DNA from: a virus
DNA length: 64,000 nucleotides
IMG/VR virus record: IMGVR_UViG_3300031519_000002
Reading direction: 5' to 3' (one strand)
A model generated the notes under the pieces. It was not told where the DNA came from and ran no database searches. It was given only the letters and a program-made list of their open reading frames with translations. The position numbers and the translations under genes were made by a program. Positions 1-8,740 of the stretch are shown here, in pieces. Position 1 is the stretch's first letter. Every line of letters begins with the position of its first letter.

Positions 1-25
1 TAGTTTGTGCTTTAATAAATCTCAT
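1..25 (-). CDS. 5' end of a gene running out of the window (MRFIKAQT...)
   Basis: ATG at 25 directly after the stop of the 26..370 gene, preceded by GGAAG; open to the window edge. Only 8 codons are visible. Confidence 0.4.
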
Positions 26-370
26 TTATACTTCCAAATAACTAATTGTTGCAACTAAGTTTGCAGGTGATTGGCTTGCTGTTATAATTTTGTCGCCTGC
101 TTCTAGTACAAGTTTTTCTGTGTCAAAGGTAAAAGTGTCACCGCCTGCAATTTTAAGATTGTTTAAAATTTGGTTTGCGTTTGGATCTGAATTACCTTTT
201 GTTTGTCCAGATGGTACTACGTGCAAATCTAATTGCGTATCGTTAGTTCCGCCTGTGTCTTCTGGTTGCGTATTACATACTAAAATAGTTGTAATTGCAT
301 ATCGCTTGGATGCAGGCACCGTTAGTAGTGTTTTGTCTGCAATCGATATTTGTCCGTTTATAATAGCCAT
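26..370 (-). CDS. small hypothetical protein, probably virion-associated
   Basis: 114-aa ORF with AAGGA/AGAG ribosome-binding site; beta-rich composition; lies downstream of the capsid genes. Confidence 0.6.
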   Translation of the reverse strand: MAIINGQISIADKTLLTVPASKRYAITTILVCNTQPEDTGGTNDTQLDLHVVPSGQTKGNSDPNANQILNNLKIAGGDTFTFDTEKLVLEAGDKIITASQSPANLVATISYLEV

Positions 371-382
371 ATTTCTCTTTCC

Positions 383-1333
383 TTAAAATAACATACTAAA
401 CATTAGTGATCTGTTAGTACTTATTAACTCGTCTTCGTAGTTGTTCTTATTTGTATAATATACTCCGGAGTTACCAAAGCCTGGATCTTTTCCGTATACT
501 ACTATATTATCTCCTGGAGTAAACGATGTAGCGTCACTCTGGATTGGCATTTTTAAAACACCATCGATAACAACAAATGAAGTTCCCGAACTACTCAGTG
601 TTAAGTCTGTTGCACTAGTTACTGTGGATATTGTGTTATTTTCAAATACAATGTCTTCTATTTCAGTGCTTCCGCGTTTAAATAACGCAACTTCAGTTCC
701 GTCAATTGACACTCTAAACGCACTAACGCCCGCATCTAATCCCGAATCATACAAGTTAAGTGCAGAATCTCCACGTTGAATACTTTGAATAGTAATTGTT
801 TGAATACCAGTTGTAACTGTGTCGTCTACATACTTTTTATTTGGAATGTCATCGTCGTCTGTTACTTGATTTTCATAGTCAGCTGTACCACTTACGCTAA
901 TTACACCCGTTCCTGAGTTAATTAAAAATAAGTCGCCGCCTGCTGTTGTAATGGCGTTTGTACGTAATCCAATAATAGCATTGTCTGCTGTTTTTAAAAC
1001 AAACGTACCTGGTTTAACAGTCTGCGTAATAGGATCGTTAAAAGAAATATCTTCATCAAATACAAGTAATGCATCTGTAAGACTTCCTCTATCAATTTGA
1101 ATTCCTGCTTGATTTAAGGTAACGCCTGCGCCGGATTCATTTTTATTTAATGTAATAATATTATCAACTAGATCTAACTGTTGGGAGCTAACTGTAGTAG
1201 TTTCTCCGTTTATCTGTAGATCGCCGGTTATAACAACCGTGCCAGCTTGTGCTCCAGTGTCAAGTGTAATTGTATTACCGCTTGCTACTCTAGCTACATA
1301 GTTTCCTGTATTAACATTTAAAATCTTTGACAT
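383..1333 (-). CDS. putative virion structural protein
   Basis: 316 aa, G/T/S/D-rich. The segment DNIITLNK..E...AGIQIDRG resembles a segment of the fibre protein at 47708. AAGGA RBS. Confidence 0.55.
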   Translation of the reverse strand: MSKILNVNTGNYVARVASGNTITLDTGAQAGTVVITGDLQINGETTTVSSQQLDLVDNIITLNKNESGAGVTLNQAGIQIDRGSLTDALLVFDEDISFNDPITQTVKPGTFVLKTADNAIIGLRTNAITTAGGDLFLINSGTGVISVSGTADYENQVTDDDDIPNKKYVDDTVTTGIQTITIQSIQRGDSALNLYDSGLDAGVSAFRVSIDGTEVALFKRGSTEIEDIVFENNTISTVTSATDLTLSSSGTSFVVIDGVLKMPIQSDATSFTPGDNIVVYGKDPGFGNSGVYYTNKNNYEDELISTNRSLMFSMLF

Positions 1334-1346
1334 TTATAATTTCCTT

Positions 1347-1377
1347 AAACTGTTGTGGGGAACTTGCCCCCACAACA
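1347..1377 (-). terminator. stem-loop, probable intrinsic terminator or processing site
   Basis: Minus strand TGTTGTGGGG-GCAAGTT-CCCCACAACA-GTTT: 10-bp stem with a short U tract, just after the stop at 1391. Confidence 0.6.
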
Positions 1378-1390
1378 TTCTTATCTTAAA

Positions 1391-2008
1391 TTAAGATGCT
1401 TGTGCGTCAACTACAACACCACCAGTTTCAGTAGCCGCTTTAGTTGCGACACCAACACTACCGTATGTAGTAAATCCACTACCGTCTACGCCTGATAATT
1501 CAAATGTGTTAGTTGCTTTGTTTGCTACTGTGTATGCAGTTTCAATGTTAAGCTCTACCATTCCAACTACACCGCGGATAGATACTTTATCTCCGTTGCT
1601 GAAGCCGTGTCCTGTTGCTGTAATAACAACTGGATCTGCCGCCGTAGCACCTGAAATAACTTTTTCAACTGCGGCCGAAGTACCTGTAGCTGTTCTTGCC
1701 CACTTGTGATTAGATGCACCTTCAAGTTGCATTTTTCTGTTCATTAGTTTAGTAACTTGCTTAGTAACACCGTCACTGTCAGTTACGTTAATGCAGAATT
1801 CACCAGCGCCTAATCCGCCAATTGATTTGTTAACTAGTGTAACAGTTTCTGTTTTAGATCCATCAGTTACAATAAATTTGTTTGTTGATCTTTGTGACAC
1901 AATATGTGACTCAGTAGTAATTTCCCCGCCAGCCGCAAATTTAACTGCTGTTACTTGAATTTTACCTGCTCCATCACCGATGTGCTTTTTATTAATTGGT
2001 CTTCCCAT
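1391..2008 (-). CDS. putative capsid decoration/structural protein with a C-terminal E1-FCCH-like beta domain
   Basis: Likely start MGRPINK at 2008 (AAGGAG RBS) rather than 2059. C-terminal ISGATAADPVVITATGHGFSNGDKVSIRGVVGMVELN...FELSGVDGSGFTTY matches the FCCH-like pattern seen in phage structural proteins. Immediately downstream of gp23. Confidence 0.6.
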   Translation of the reverse strand: MGRPINKKHIGDGAGKIQVTAVKFAAGGEITTESHIVSQRSTNKFIVTDGSKTETVTLVNKSIGGLGAGEFCINVTDSDGVTKQVTKLMNRKMQLEGASNHKWARTATGTSAAVEKVISGATAADPVVITATGHGFSNGDKVSIRGVVGMVELNIETAYTVANKATNTFELSGVDGSGFTTYGSVGVATKAATETGGVVVDAQAS

Positions 2009-2093
2009 TTGTTTTCTCCTTATGTAAGACGTTCTAGGTCTACGCTGTGGGTACAGCATAAGTCCTCATCATTGAGGTTCTCTCTATGACAAT
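2009..2093 (-). promoter_or_regulatory. structured 5' leader with three consecutive hairpins
   Basis: Minus strand CCTCA-ATGA-TGAGG, TATGCTGT-ACCC-ACAGCGTA and AGAC-CTAGAAC-GTCT lie between a late promoter and the AAGGAG RBS. Confidence 0.5.
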
Positions 2094-2094
2094 G

Positions 2095-2100
2095 TATTTA
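2095..2100 (-). promoter_or_regulatory. gp55-type late promoter (TAAATA)
   Basis: GATAAATAC on the minus strand in intergenic space after the gp23 terminator; matches the core of the T4 late consensus TATAAATA. Confidence 0.65.
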
Positions 2101-2119
2101 TCAAAGTGGAACTCAAGTC

Positions 2120-2150
2120 AAAAAAATAGGCCCCCTAAAGGGCCTATTTT
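2120..2150 (-). terminator. Rho-independent terminator after major capsid gene
   Basis: AAAATAGGCCC-TTTAGG-GGGCCTATTTTTTT: GC-rich stem followed by U7. Confidence 0.85.
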
Positions 2151-2174
2151 AATTTCTATCTACTAAGAAACAAC

Positions 2175-3338
2175 TTAGCTGAATGTTACGTTGGAAATAC
2201 TTACTCTTCCAAGGTAGTCAGCCGCGTTACCAAGTGAACTAGCAACGTTTGATAATTCAACGTAGCCGTAACGTGTCATGAACGATACAACAGGCTCAAA
2301 TGTGCCTGGATCCAATACAACACCACTTGACATTAGTGGAATATAAGGAGCGTAGAACGCTGGTGCGTCTGATTCGCTTGATCCTTTAAATCCAACTAGT
2401 ACGTCAGTTGCGTCTGAAGCATATGCGTCAACGTATACTTTCATTGCACCGTTTAAAGTACCAACCATTTTAGTGTTAGTTGGAGCTTCAAAAGTACCTT
2501 CAGTTGTACGTGCAAATGCACTTGTTGTTGCAGACTGTAGGATAGTTAATGCAAATGGTGAAACCACTGCATAGTTACCTGCACCGCGACGTGTACGTGC
2601 CGCAATCTTGTTAGCAACTCTGTTGATCATAACAGCTAATGCCGCATGCTCATCACCAACAAAAGTAGCAGTGCCACTTACGCCAGCTTGGTCGAATTGC
2701 ACGTCTGATTCTGCAGAGCCAGCTAAACTACGTAAAGAAGCTAAGATTTCTTGGTCGATTTCAGCAGTAATTTCTTGTGCTAATGCCGCCATGATTTCAG
2801 CTTCGATGTCGATGCCTTGCTGTGCTTGTGCATCTTGAGCCGCTTCAAATGTCCAACGAGCACTTAACTTACGTGTCTTCGCTTCCACTGTCTGCTTCAA
2901 GATTTGAATTGACAAACGCTTGCCTGCCGCACCTTCAAGTGTTGCTGTTGCATCTGCTTTGTCGGTAGAACCGCCGCCACTGTAGCCAACACCAATTTTG
3001 AACGGTGATAGTGCTTCTTCGCCTGCAACTACATCATCTAATGTATCCGCATAACGAACTCTTAATGTGTGGATCTGACCCACGGGACCTGTCATAGGCT
3101 GTACACCAACTAATTCGTTGGCAATAACAGTCGGCATAACACGTCTGATTACTGGTAGGATAACTCTGTTAAGAGTTGCAACATTACCTGCTGAAGATGC
3201 ACCCGCTGTAGCTGTCTCTGCTAAATACCTTTTGGTATTCTCAAGAGTCACGCCCATTACGGCTTTCTTATTGCCTGTTAGGCCTTCAAGAAGTGCAGTC
3301 TTTGTATCCTGCCAGCGACTTTCTAATAGTTCTGACAT
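2175..3338 (-). CDS. gp23: major capsid protein (T4 gp23-like)
   Basis: Motifs IRRVMPTVIANELVGVQPMTGPVGQIHTLR, VEAKTRKLSARWTFEAAQD, EITAEIDQEIL, FYAPYIPL and FMTRYG; follows gp21-gp22. Confidence 0.97.
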   Translation of the reverse strand: MSELLESRWQDTKTALLEGLTGNKKAVMGVTLENTKRYLAETATAGASSAGNVATLNRVILPVIRRVMPTVIANELVGVQPMTGPVGQIHTLRVRYADTLDDVVAGEEALSPFKIGVGYSGGGSTDKADATATLEGAAGKRLSIQILKQTVEAKTRKLSARWTFEAAQDAQAQQGIDIEAEIMAALAQEITAEIDQEILASLRSLAGSAESDVQFDQAGVSGTATFVGDEHAALAVMINRVANKIAARTRRGAGNYAVVSPFALTILQSATTSAFARTTEGTFEAPTNTKMVGTLNGAMKVYVDAYASDATDVLVGFKGSSESDAPAFYAPYIPLMSSGVVLDPGTFEPVVSFMTRYGYVELSNVASSLGNAADYLGRVSISNVTFS

Positions 3339-3348
3339 TTCATTCTCC

Positions 3349-4452
3349 TTATTTCAATCCTGCAAGGCGTCTAATATCAACTACGTTATCCGTAGCTAAT
3401 GGGCTTGCATCTATGTCATTTGTTTGTTTATTGCCTGTGATTTGTGTGCCTTCAGTAAGTGTTGTTGCCTTGGTCTTCTTCGCTGGAGTGCTTCCTGCAA
3501 TTACGCTAGGCATGTACTTATCGAACGACTTTTGTAGTCTATCGGTTTGTACAGATTCCAGCAAGTCCGCCATGATATCTCTTTGACCTTCGTTTAAAGG
3601 TGAAAGTAATTCATTCATAGTTTCCTTACGTACCGCGCTGTTAGTAGCTTGTTTAATTTCAGCATTTTTGCTTTCAACTAGACTTACTGCCTGTCCTGCG
3701 ATCTTTTTAGCTTCAGCTAATTGTTTATCTTTCAACCCAACTACTTTAAGTAGTTTTGCAGATTCAGATTTTTCATTAAGATAGCTGTTAGTATATTCTG
3801 ATGCAAAAGATTCAAAAATCTTACGTCCAAAATCATTCTTACGTGCTGTATCAATGTCCTCTTTAAGTTGAGTCATTTCTTTGTTAAGACCTTTCTCAAC
3901 TGTCTCTGCAACAATCTTTGTTGCGTCTGTGATAAACTTAGTTTTAACTTTAGCTAGATGTGTTTTAGCTTCACGTACAAGTTTTACCTTGGTTTCAGCT
4001 AAATCTTTCTTATCTTCGTAAAACTCTGCAATTTCTTTTGATAATCCATCAATAACAAAATTCTCAAGTTTGGAAAATTTACTTGCCATAGCTTTCTGAT
4101 CTTCGTGTAGCTCGCCAATTTCTTTGCCCAACTGTTGCGTCACAAATTTTTGCATTAGTCCTGCGTTTTCACGCATTGCTACTGCATATTTTGCTCTTGC
4201 TTCAGCTAGTTTTTGACGGTCATCTGCGAATTCAGTAATCTCTTCGCCGAGTTTTTCTTCTAACATTGTATCAATAGCTTCCACCATTGATGCTTTGTCA
4301 TGCTCATATTTCTGAGCGAACTCTTCGCGAAGTTCAGCAGTAGCTTGCATACGATTCTCTTGAATCTTCTGCTCCCAAGCTCCTTCGATTTCTGCTCTGA
4401 TTTCTTCTGAAACAACATTGTTTTCAAAGAGTGTCTTCAGTGCATCTAACAT
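3349..4452 (-). CDS. gp22: prohead core scaffold protein (gp22-like)
   Basis: 367-aa charged, coiled-coil-like protein between the protease and capsid genes, as in T4 gene order. Confidence 0.8.
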   Translation of the reverse strand: MLDALKTLFENNVVSEEIRAEIEGAWEQKIQENRMQATAELREEFAQKYEHDKASMVEAIDTMLEEKLGEEITEFADDRQKLAEARAKYAVAMRENAGLMQKFVTQQLGKEIGELHEDQKAMASKFSKLENFVIDGLSKEIAEFYEDKKDLAETKVKLVREAKTHLAKVKTKFITDATKIVAETVEKGLNKEMTQLKEDIDTARKNDFGRKIFESFASEYTNSYLNEKSESAKLLKVVGLKDKQLAEAKKIAGQAVSLVESKNAEIKQATNSAVRKETMNELLSPLNEGQRDIMADLLESVQTDRLQKSFDKYMPSVIAGSTPAKKTKATTLTEGTQITGNKQTNDIDASPLATDNVVDIRRLAGLK

Positions 4453-4465
4453 TCTTTTCTCCTTG

Positions 4466-5107
4466 TTAGCGGAGACCGCTGATAATATTCACCAACGATT
4501 CCTTTAGGTATTTCTGTGCCTTTGCATCGCCCTGTAATTCTTGAGCCATATTGATTGCCTTATACCCACCACGAGTATTCATTAAGTGTTCGTAAATTGG
4601 AGTTGGGTACGCTCCAGGAGCACTTGGTTGGGCAACGGCGTCAACTGTAATAATTTCAAATTCGCTGACCTCGCCACTTCCATCGTCTTTCACATTTCCT
4701 GAACCCCTAGATGAAACACCTAGTTTAACGTTGCTCTCAAGCATTGTTTTAACTAGCTGTCCCATCGGAGTTGGAATTACTTTCAACTTACCATAACCAT
4801 TTGGGCCATCCATCCACATTTCTGTAATCATATGACTTACACGGTCAAGGTTAATATTAAGGCCTTCAGGATGATCAACTTCACCTAGTACACTATATCC
4901 ACCTTTGATTTGATCGTTGAGCGTGTTGACAGCTCTACTAATCTCACTTACAGGATAAACACGTTGGTTGGCGTTACGAACACCTCCCTGAATGCAAATA
5001 CCCTTGAGATACAAGTCTTTTCCACCTGCATCATTTTCAGTAGTCTCGACGACCATCTTTGCCTGGTCGAATGATAGTGTTTCAGTTAAATTAAACATCT
5101 TATTCAT
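4466..5107 (-). CDS. gp21: prohead maturation protease (gp21)
   Basis: NANQRVYP, LGEVDHP, RVSH, PTPMGQ, LGVSSRGSG and DAVAQPSAPGA motifs. Confidence 0.95.
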   Translation of the reverse strand: MNKMFNLTETLSFDQAKMVVETTENDAGGKDLYLKGICIQGGVRNANQRVYPVSEISRAVNTLNDQIKGGYSVLGEVDHPEGLNINLDRVSHMITEMWMDGPNGYGKLKVIPTPMGQLVKTMLESNVKLGVSSRGSGNVKDDGSGEVSEFEIITVDAVAQPSAPGAYPTPIYEHLMNTRGGYKAINMAQELQGDAKAQKYLKESLVNIISGLR

Positions 5108-5119
5108 CTGAGTTCCTTA

Positions 5120-6022
5120 TTACTTGCCAACAACACTTTTAGTGTTAGCGGCCTTTTCACCTGTAGCAGGTGCTTTAGCGTTTGACATTGACTTAGAAGC
5201 TTTTCCGCCTGGTACGTTTACGTTCCCTGCATTATCTTCTTTAGCTGACATTGCTGAGCCTGCTTCACTACCTGTACCGCCTTTTGCGATATTAGCAGTT
5301 GTGCCACCCATGTCATTTTTGCTTGCAACTGGTGATGTAGCTTTGTTATCTTCACCTGTTGGTGCTGATACTTTTTCTACGTACTCACGCATTTGTTCGC
5401 CTTCAGTCTTTGTACCTTCATAAGCCGGTACTTCATCGCTAAGTTCGGAAGTTTCATAAGACTCTTCCTGCTCATCTTCATCACCTTCTTCATCATCCAT
5501 ATCCATGTCAGCTTCGTCGTCGCCAGCTTCTTCGCTGTCGTCTTCACCGCTCATCATTTTTTCAAATTCTGCTTTAAGGTCATCAAGTGCATCTTCTAGG
5601 TCAACTACACGATCTTCAACATCTGCATCGTCCATTTCGTCGCCCATATCCATTTCATCGCCATTAGCTTCAATGTCATCGATAAAGTCATCTGCTTTGT
5701 CGCCGCCCATTGGGTCTGCTTCTGGTGTGAATTCTCCGAAGTTTTCTTCAACTTCTTCGTCGGTAGTTTCGTCAAGATCTTCGTCATCTGAAGCTTCATC
5801 AACTTCTTCGTCAGTTGCTTCATCTACTTCTTCATCTGTAGTTTCATCAACTTCTTCGTCAGTTGCTTCGTCTACTTCAAGATCTTCTAAATCTGTTTCT
5901 AGCATCTTTTCGTAGATACCACGTGATTTTTCAATCACAAATTCGTGGAAAAGCTCATCGGCTCCCGCACGATCGTTATTAACTAATTTTTCAAGCATTT
6001 GCTCGAGTTTGTTATCCGCCAT
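5120..6022 (-). CDS. highly acidic prohead core protein (functional analogue of gp67/gp68)
   Basis: 300 aa, extremely D/E-rich, located upstream of gp21; AGGAG RBS and late promoter. Confidence 0.6.
   Translation of the reverse strand: MADNKLEQMLEKLVNNDRAGADELFHEFVIEKSRGIYEKMLETDLEDLEVDEATDEEVDETTDEEVDEATDEEVDEASDDEDLDETTDEEVEENFGEFTPEADPMGGDKADDFIDDIEANGDEMDMGDEMDDADVEDRVVDLEDALDDLKAEFEKMMSGEDDSEEAGDDEADMDMDDEEGDEDEQEESYETSELSDEVPAYEGTKTEGEQMREYVEKVSAPTGEDNKATSPVASKNDMGGTTANIAKGGTGSEAGSAMSAKEDNAGNVNVPGGKASKSMSNAKAPATGEKAANTKSVVGK
5744..5878 (-). repeat. coding tandem repeat, ~24-nt unit encoding (E)VDE(A/T)TDE
   Basis: Protein EVDEATDEEVDETTDEEVDEATDEEVDEASDDEDLDETTDEEVEE, about five imperfect copies. 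Confidence 0.85.
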
Positions 6023-6065
6023 TTGTTCTCTCCTATAATTTAAGTTTCGTAAGGCTGTCTAATAT

Positions 6066-6071
6066 TATTTA
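6066..6071 (-). promoter_or_regulatory. late promoter (TAAATA)
   Basis: GTAAATAAT upstream of the core-protease-scaffold-capsid run. Confidence 0.65.
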
Positions 6072-6132
6072 CATAATGATTAGAAAATACACGGTAAACG
6101 GCCTCATTACGAGTCGTTTTGAAATAAACCGT

Positions 6133-6732
6133 CTAAAAATCATAATATCTTTTAAATTCGCTAACTGTTATGTGTGACAAATTCGTACATTTTTTTAATT
6201 GCTTAGGTACAAAGTCGTCGTTATCTGATACTATTCTAATAAATTTCTTGCCTTGATGTGCATCACAAGTTGATGCTGTTTGCCTTTCCCAGTTACCAAA
6301 ATAAGTTGCAGGCTCACCTTGTTTTTTATAATTGTGTGTTCCTGCGTATAAGTTATTTACCTTTGTGCGGTTCCCCACATCGTCCTTTGTGCCATGAAAG
6401 TCAAAACCTAAGATGTATATAGTATCATGTGCGTGTGTACTTGCTAACCATAATGCTGTAGGACCACTGCTCCATCCTTTTGCTGGTTGAAAAAAATTAA
6501 ATCCTTGCATGCCACTGTATTGCTTATTTGGATTTGTCCATACTGGATGATTCATCTGATACTTAGCATGGTTAATTTCTAAAATCATCTTTACATCTAC
6601 AGCAACCAAGTAGTCAGGCTCAAATGTACGAAATACTGCATTACATGCATATACTTTTCCGTATTTTTTTAAAGAGTGCAGTTCAAGGTCTTTACGGCTA
6701 GTGCCATTACCTATTACGAAAGCAACGGTCAT
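6133..6732 (-). CDS. DUF115/Maf/MptE-like nucleotide-sugar-binding protein, putative glycosyltransferase
   Basis: FVIGNGTSR, VYACNA, PDYLVAVD, WSSGPTAL and IYILGFD motifs are typical of this Rossmann-like family. Confidence 0.65.
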   Translation of the reverse strand: MTVAFVIGNGTSRKDLELHSLKKYGKVYACNAVFRTFEPDYLVAVDVKMILEINHAKYQMNHPVWTNPNKQYSGMQGFNFFQPAKGWSSGPTALWLASTHAHDTIYILGFDFHGTKDDVGNRTKVNNLYAGTHNYKKQGEPATYFGNWERQTASTCDAHQGKKFIRIVSDNDDFVPKQLKKCTNLSHITVSEFKRYYDF

Positions 6733-6740
6733 TTAAAATC

Positions 6741-6980
6741 CTATATTTCAGGCTGTGCTTGGATACCATACATTTGGCGTACAAATGATAATTCTTTTTG
6801 TTTCTCTTCGGCGTGCATTTCTGAACCCCTACGTGCTTTATTGATCTGTTTTAATGTAAGCCGTGTTTTACGTGTGTCGTCACGATTAACAATGCTCTTG
6901 TCATCAGTAGCATCGTAGGACTTGTCCTCAGTAGGCTCAAGTGTTTCTTTATCAAAATAAAATAGTTCACGTAGTATCAT
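6741..6980 (-). CDS. small hypothetical protein of the head module
   Basis: 79-aa ORF between portal and the Maf-like gene; ATG sits 5 nt after TAAATA and has no SD. Confidence 0.65.
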   Translation of the reverse strand: MILRELFYFDKETLEPTEDKSYDATDDKSIVNRDDTRKTRLTLKQINKARRGSEMHAEEKQKELSFVRQMYGIQAQPEI

Positions 6981-6985
6981 AATGT

Positions 6986-6991
6986 TATTTA
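6986..6991 (-). promoter_or_regulatory. late promoter overlapping the portal stop codon
   Basis: GCA TAAATA ACATT ATG on the minus strand. Confidence 0.6.
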
Positions 6992-8716
6992 TGCCTCTGC
7001 CGGGGCTTCTGGTGCCGGGGTGGTTACTGAGTCAGGACCTTCGCCTGCTCCAACAATTTCGCCGCCTTCGCCGCCTTCAAGTTCATCAACGCTTGCATCT
7101 AGGTCTGCATCCATACCAGCACCTGTAATACCTGCGCCACGCATTTCGCCTGCCGCATCAGTAGGTGATGTTGTGATTAACTCATCGTTCTCTTCTTTCC
7201 AGTAACGTTCATTTTCTGCAACTTCTGAATCGCTCATTCCTAAGAAACGTTTCATTGCATATCTATTACTAATAAACGGAATAGTTTGTATTTGTGCAAA
7301 TGTACCAATACGCTGATTATCTAATTCACTTTGTCTGTAACTTGCAAAGTTTTGTGGTGGTTGGAATAAAAGATCAAACATTGCAATATCAACGTTAATA
7401 CCCTTTTCTATTAGATAGCGTTTAAACTCTTGGTTAAACACTTCTGCAATTAGATTTTGTAAACGTTCGCAATACTTGTTAAAGCGTAGTTCTTGAATAT
7501 ATGCTGTACCTACTCTACCATCACTAATTTGTGCGCCAACGTCATCTTGCGCCGCGGCTGGTAAGTAACTACTTGGAATACGCAATCCTCTAACAAGTTT
7601 GTTAGTAAAGTATTTTAGATCGTCAATCTCACCTAAGTTAGTTCCGCCTGGCAGTGTTTCAACTTTAGAACCTCTACCTTCAGCAGTTTGTGGGAAGAAG
7701 TAATCTTCGTTAGTTGACAAAGGGTTATAAGCTGAGTCTATGACTGATGTTCCGCCGCCTGTCTTCGATGGGATTCGCCTTTGATGAATTTCCGTTTTAA
7801 CACGCTCAACAAATTGCATAGCAAGGTGTGATGGCATGTTGCCCACATCAACGTAGAATACTCTTCTTTCCGGAGCTCGTTGTGTACGATAGATAATAAT
7901 CGCATCTTCAAGCAATTCTTTTTGTTTGTATACTTTAAAGATACCTTCAAGTAAACTGTTACCAAAGGGTGCATTGTTGTCTAACCCTTCTGATAAACTT
8001 AGGTGTACCATATGTGCGGCATCAACTGCAATTTCTTTTGTTTTGTCATGCCCAAATCTACCAGCACTTGAACCAGAGGTTTGTGTGTTGCCAACCATAC
8101 CTCTAACGCCACCTGTTAAATATCCGTCTCCACCACCAGTTGCATTACCGTTTGTTTGGAAAGGAGTTGTAGCTACGTTGTCAATAAAATTTAAGTTAAT
8201 ATCTCTTACAATATATTGCTCAGGAGTTTTACCTTCTGATTCATTAACAATAATACTTGAAACTTTTGCAGGATCAACGTGATGCCATTTTGCAGTTTCT
8301 GGATCTCTAATAAAAAATGCATCGCCGTATTTAAAAACATTACGAACAATTCTAAACATACGTGTACCAAAGTTATTCATTTTAGTCCACTGTTGTAAGT
8401 ATTGCTCAAGTACTTTAACTTCTGAGTTAGTTGCTATTTTCTTAAAATCAATACTAAAACTTGTTTTATTGATTGGATTCTGTTGTGAGCAAAATTCAGC
8501 AAGAATATCTAGTGCCGCATTTACTTCACTATCTTGATCCATAGTATTGTATTGACCGTAACGCTCAACTCTGTTAGGAGCGCCTGTGTAAACATCTGGA
8601 AGGAAACTGGAGTAATTAGACCTTGCTGGTCCGGGTTGCTGGCCTTGTCCCATACTTAGCGGGCTACGTGTACCTGCGTCACCTTCAACTGGTGTAAAAT
8701 ATCTTTTCCAACTCAT
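6989..8716 (-). CDS. gp20: portal protein (gp20)
   Basis: EVNAALDI, LLEDAIIIYRTQRAPERRVFYVDVGNMP, EDYFFPQTAEGRGSKVETLPGG and ELRFNKY motifs. Confidence 0.97.
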   Translation of the reverse strand: MSWKRYFTPVEGDAGTRSPLSMGQGQQPGPARSNYSSFLPDVYTGAPNRVERYGQYNTMDQDSEVNAALDILAEFCSQQNPINKTSFSIDFKKIATNSEVKVLEQYLQQWTKMNNFGTRMFRIVRNVFKYGDAFFIRDPETAKWHHVDPAKVSSIIVNESEGKTPEQYIVRDINLNFIDNVATTPFQTNGNATGGGDGYLTGGVRGMVGNTQTSGSSAGRFGHDKTKEIAVDAAHMVHLSLSEGLDNNAPFGNSLLEGIFKVYKQKELLEDAIIIYRTQRAPERRVFYVDVGNMPSHLAMQFVERVKTEIHQRRIPSKTGGGTSVIDSAYNPLSTNEDYFFPQTAEGRGSKVETLPGGTNLGEIDDLKYFTNKLVRGLRIPSSYLPAAAQDDVGAQISDGRVGTAYIQELRFNKYCERLQNLIAEVFNQEFKRYLIEKGINVDIAMFDLLFQPPQNFASYRQSELDNQRIGTFAQIQTIPFISNRYAMKRFLGMSDSEVAENERYWKEENDELITTSPTDAAGEMRGAGITGAGMDADLDASVDELEGGEGGEIVGAGEGPDSVTTPAPEAPAEA

Positions 8717-8740
8717 GTTTCGTTTTCCTAAATTAGTATA

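Noticed and set aside
5744-5878. Repeat array as CRISPR-like
   Set aside because: In-frame coding repeats with synonymous variation and no spacers. No CRISPR array, tRNA, rRNA or tmRNA was recognised anywhere in the window.
6088-6132. Imperfect stem-loop between the Maf-like gene and the core protein promoter
   Set aside because: Weak, interrupted stem without a clear U tract; cannot be called a terminator with confidence.
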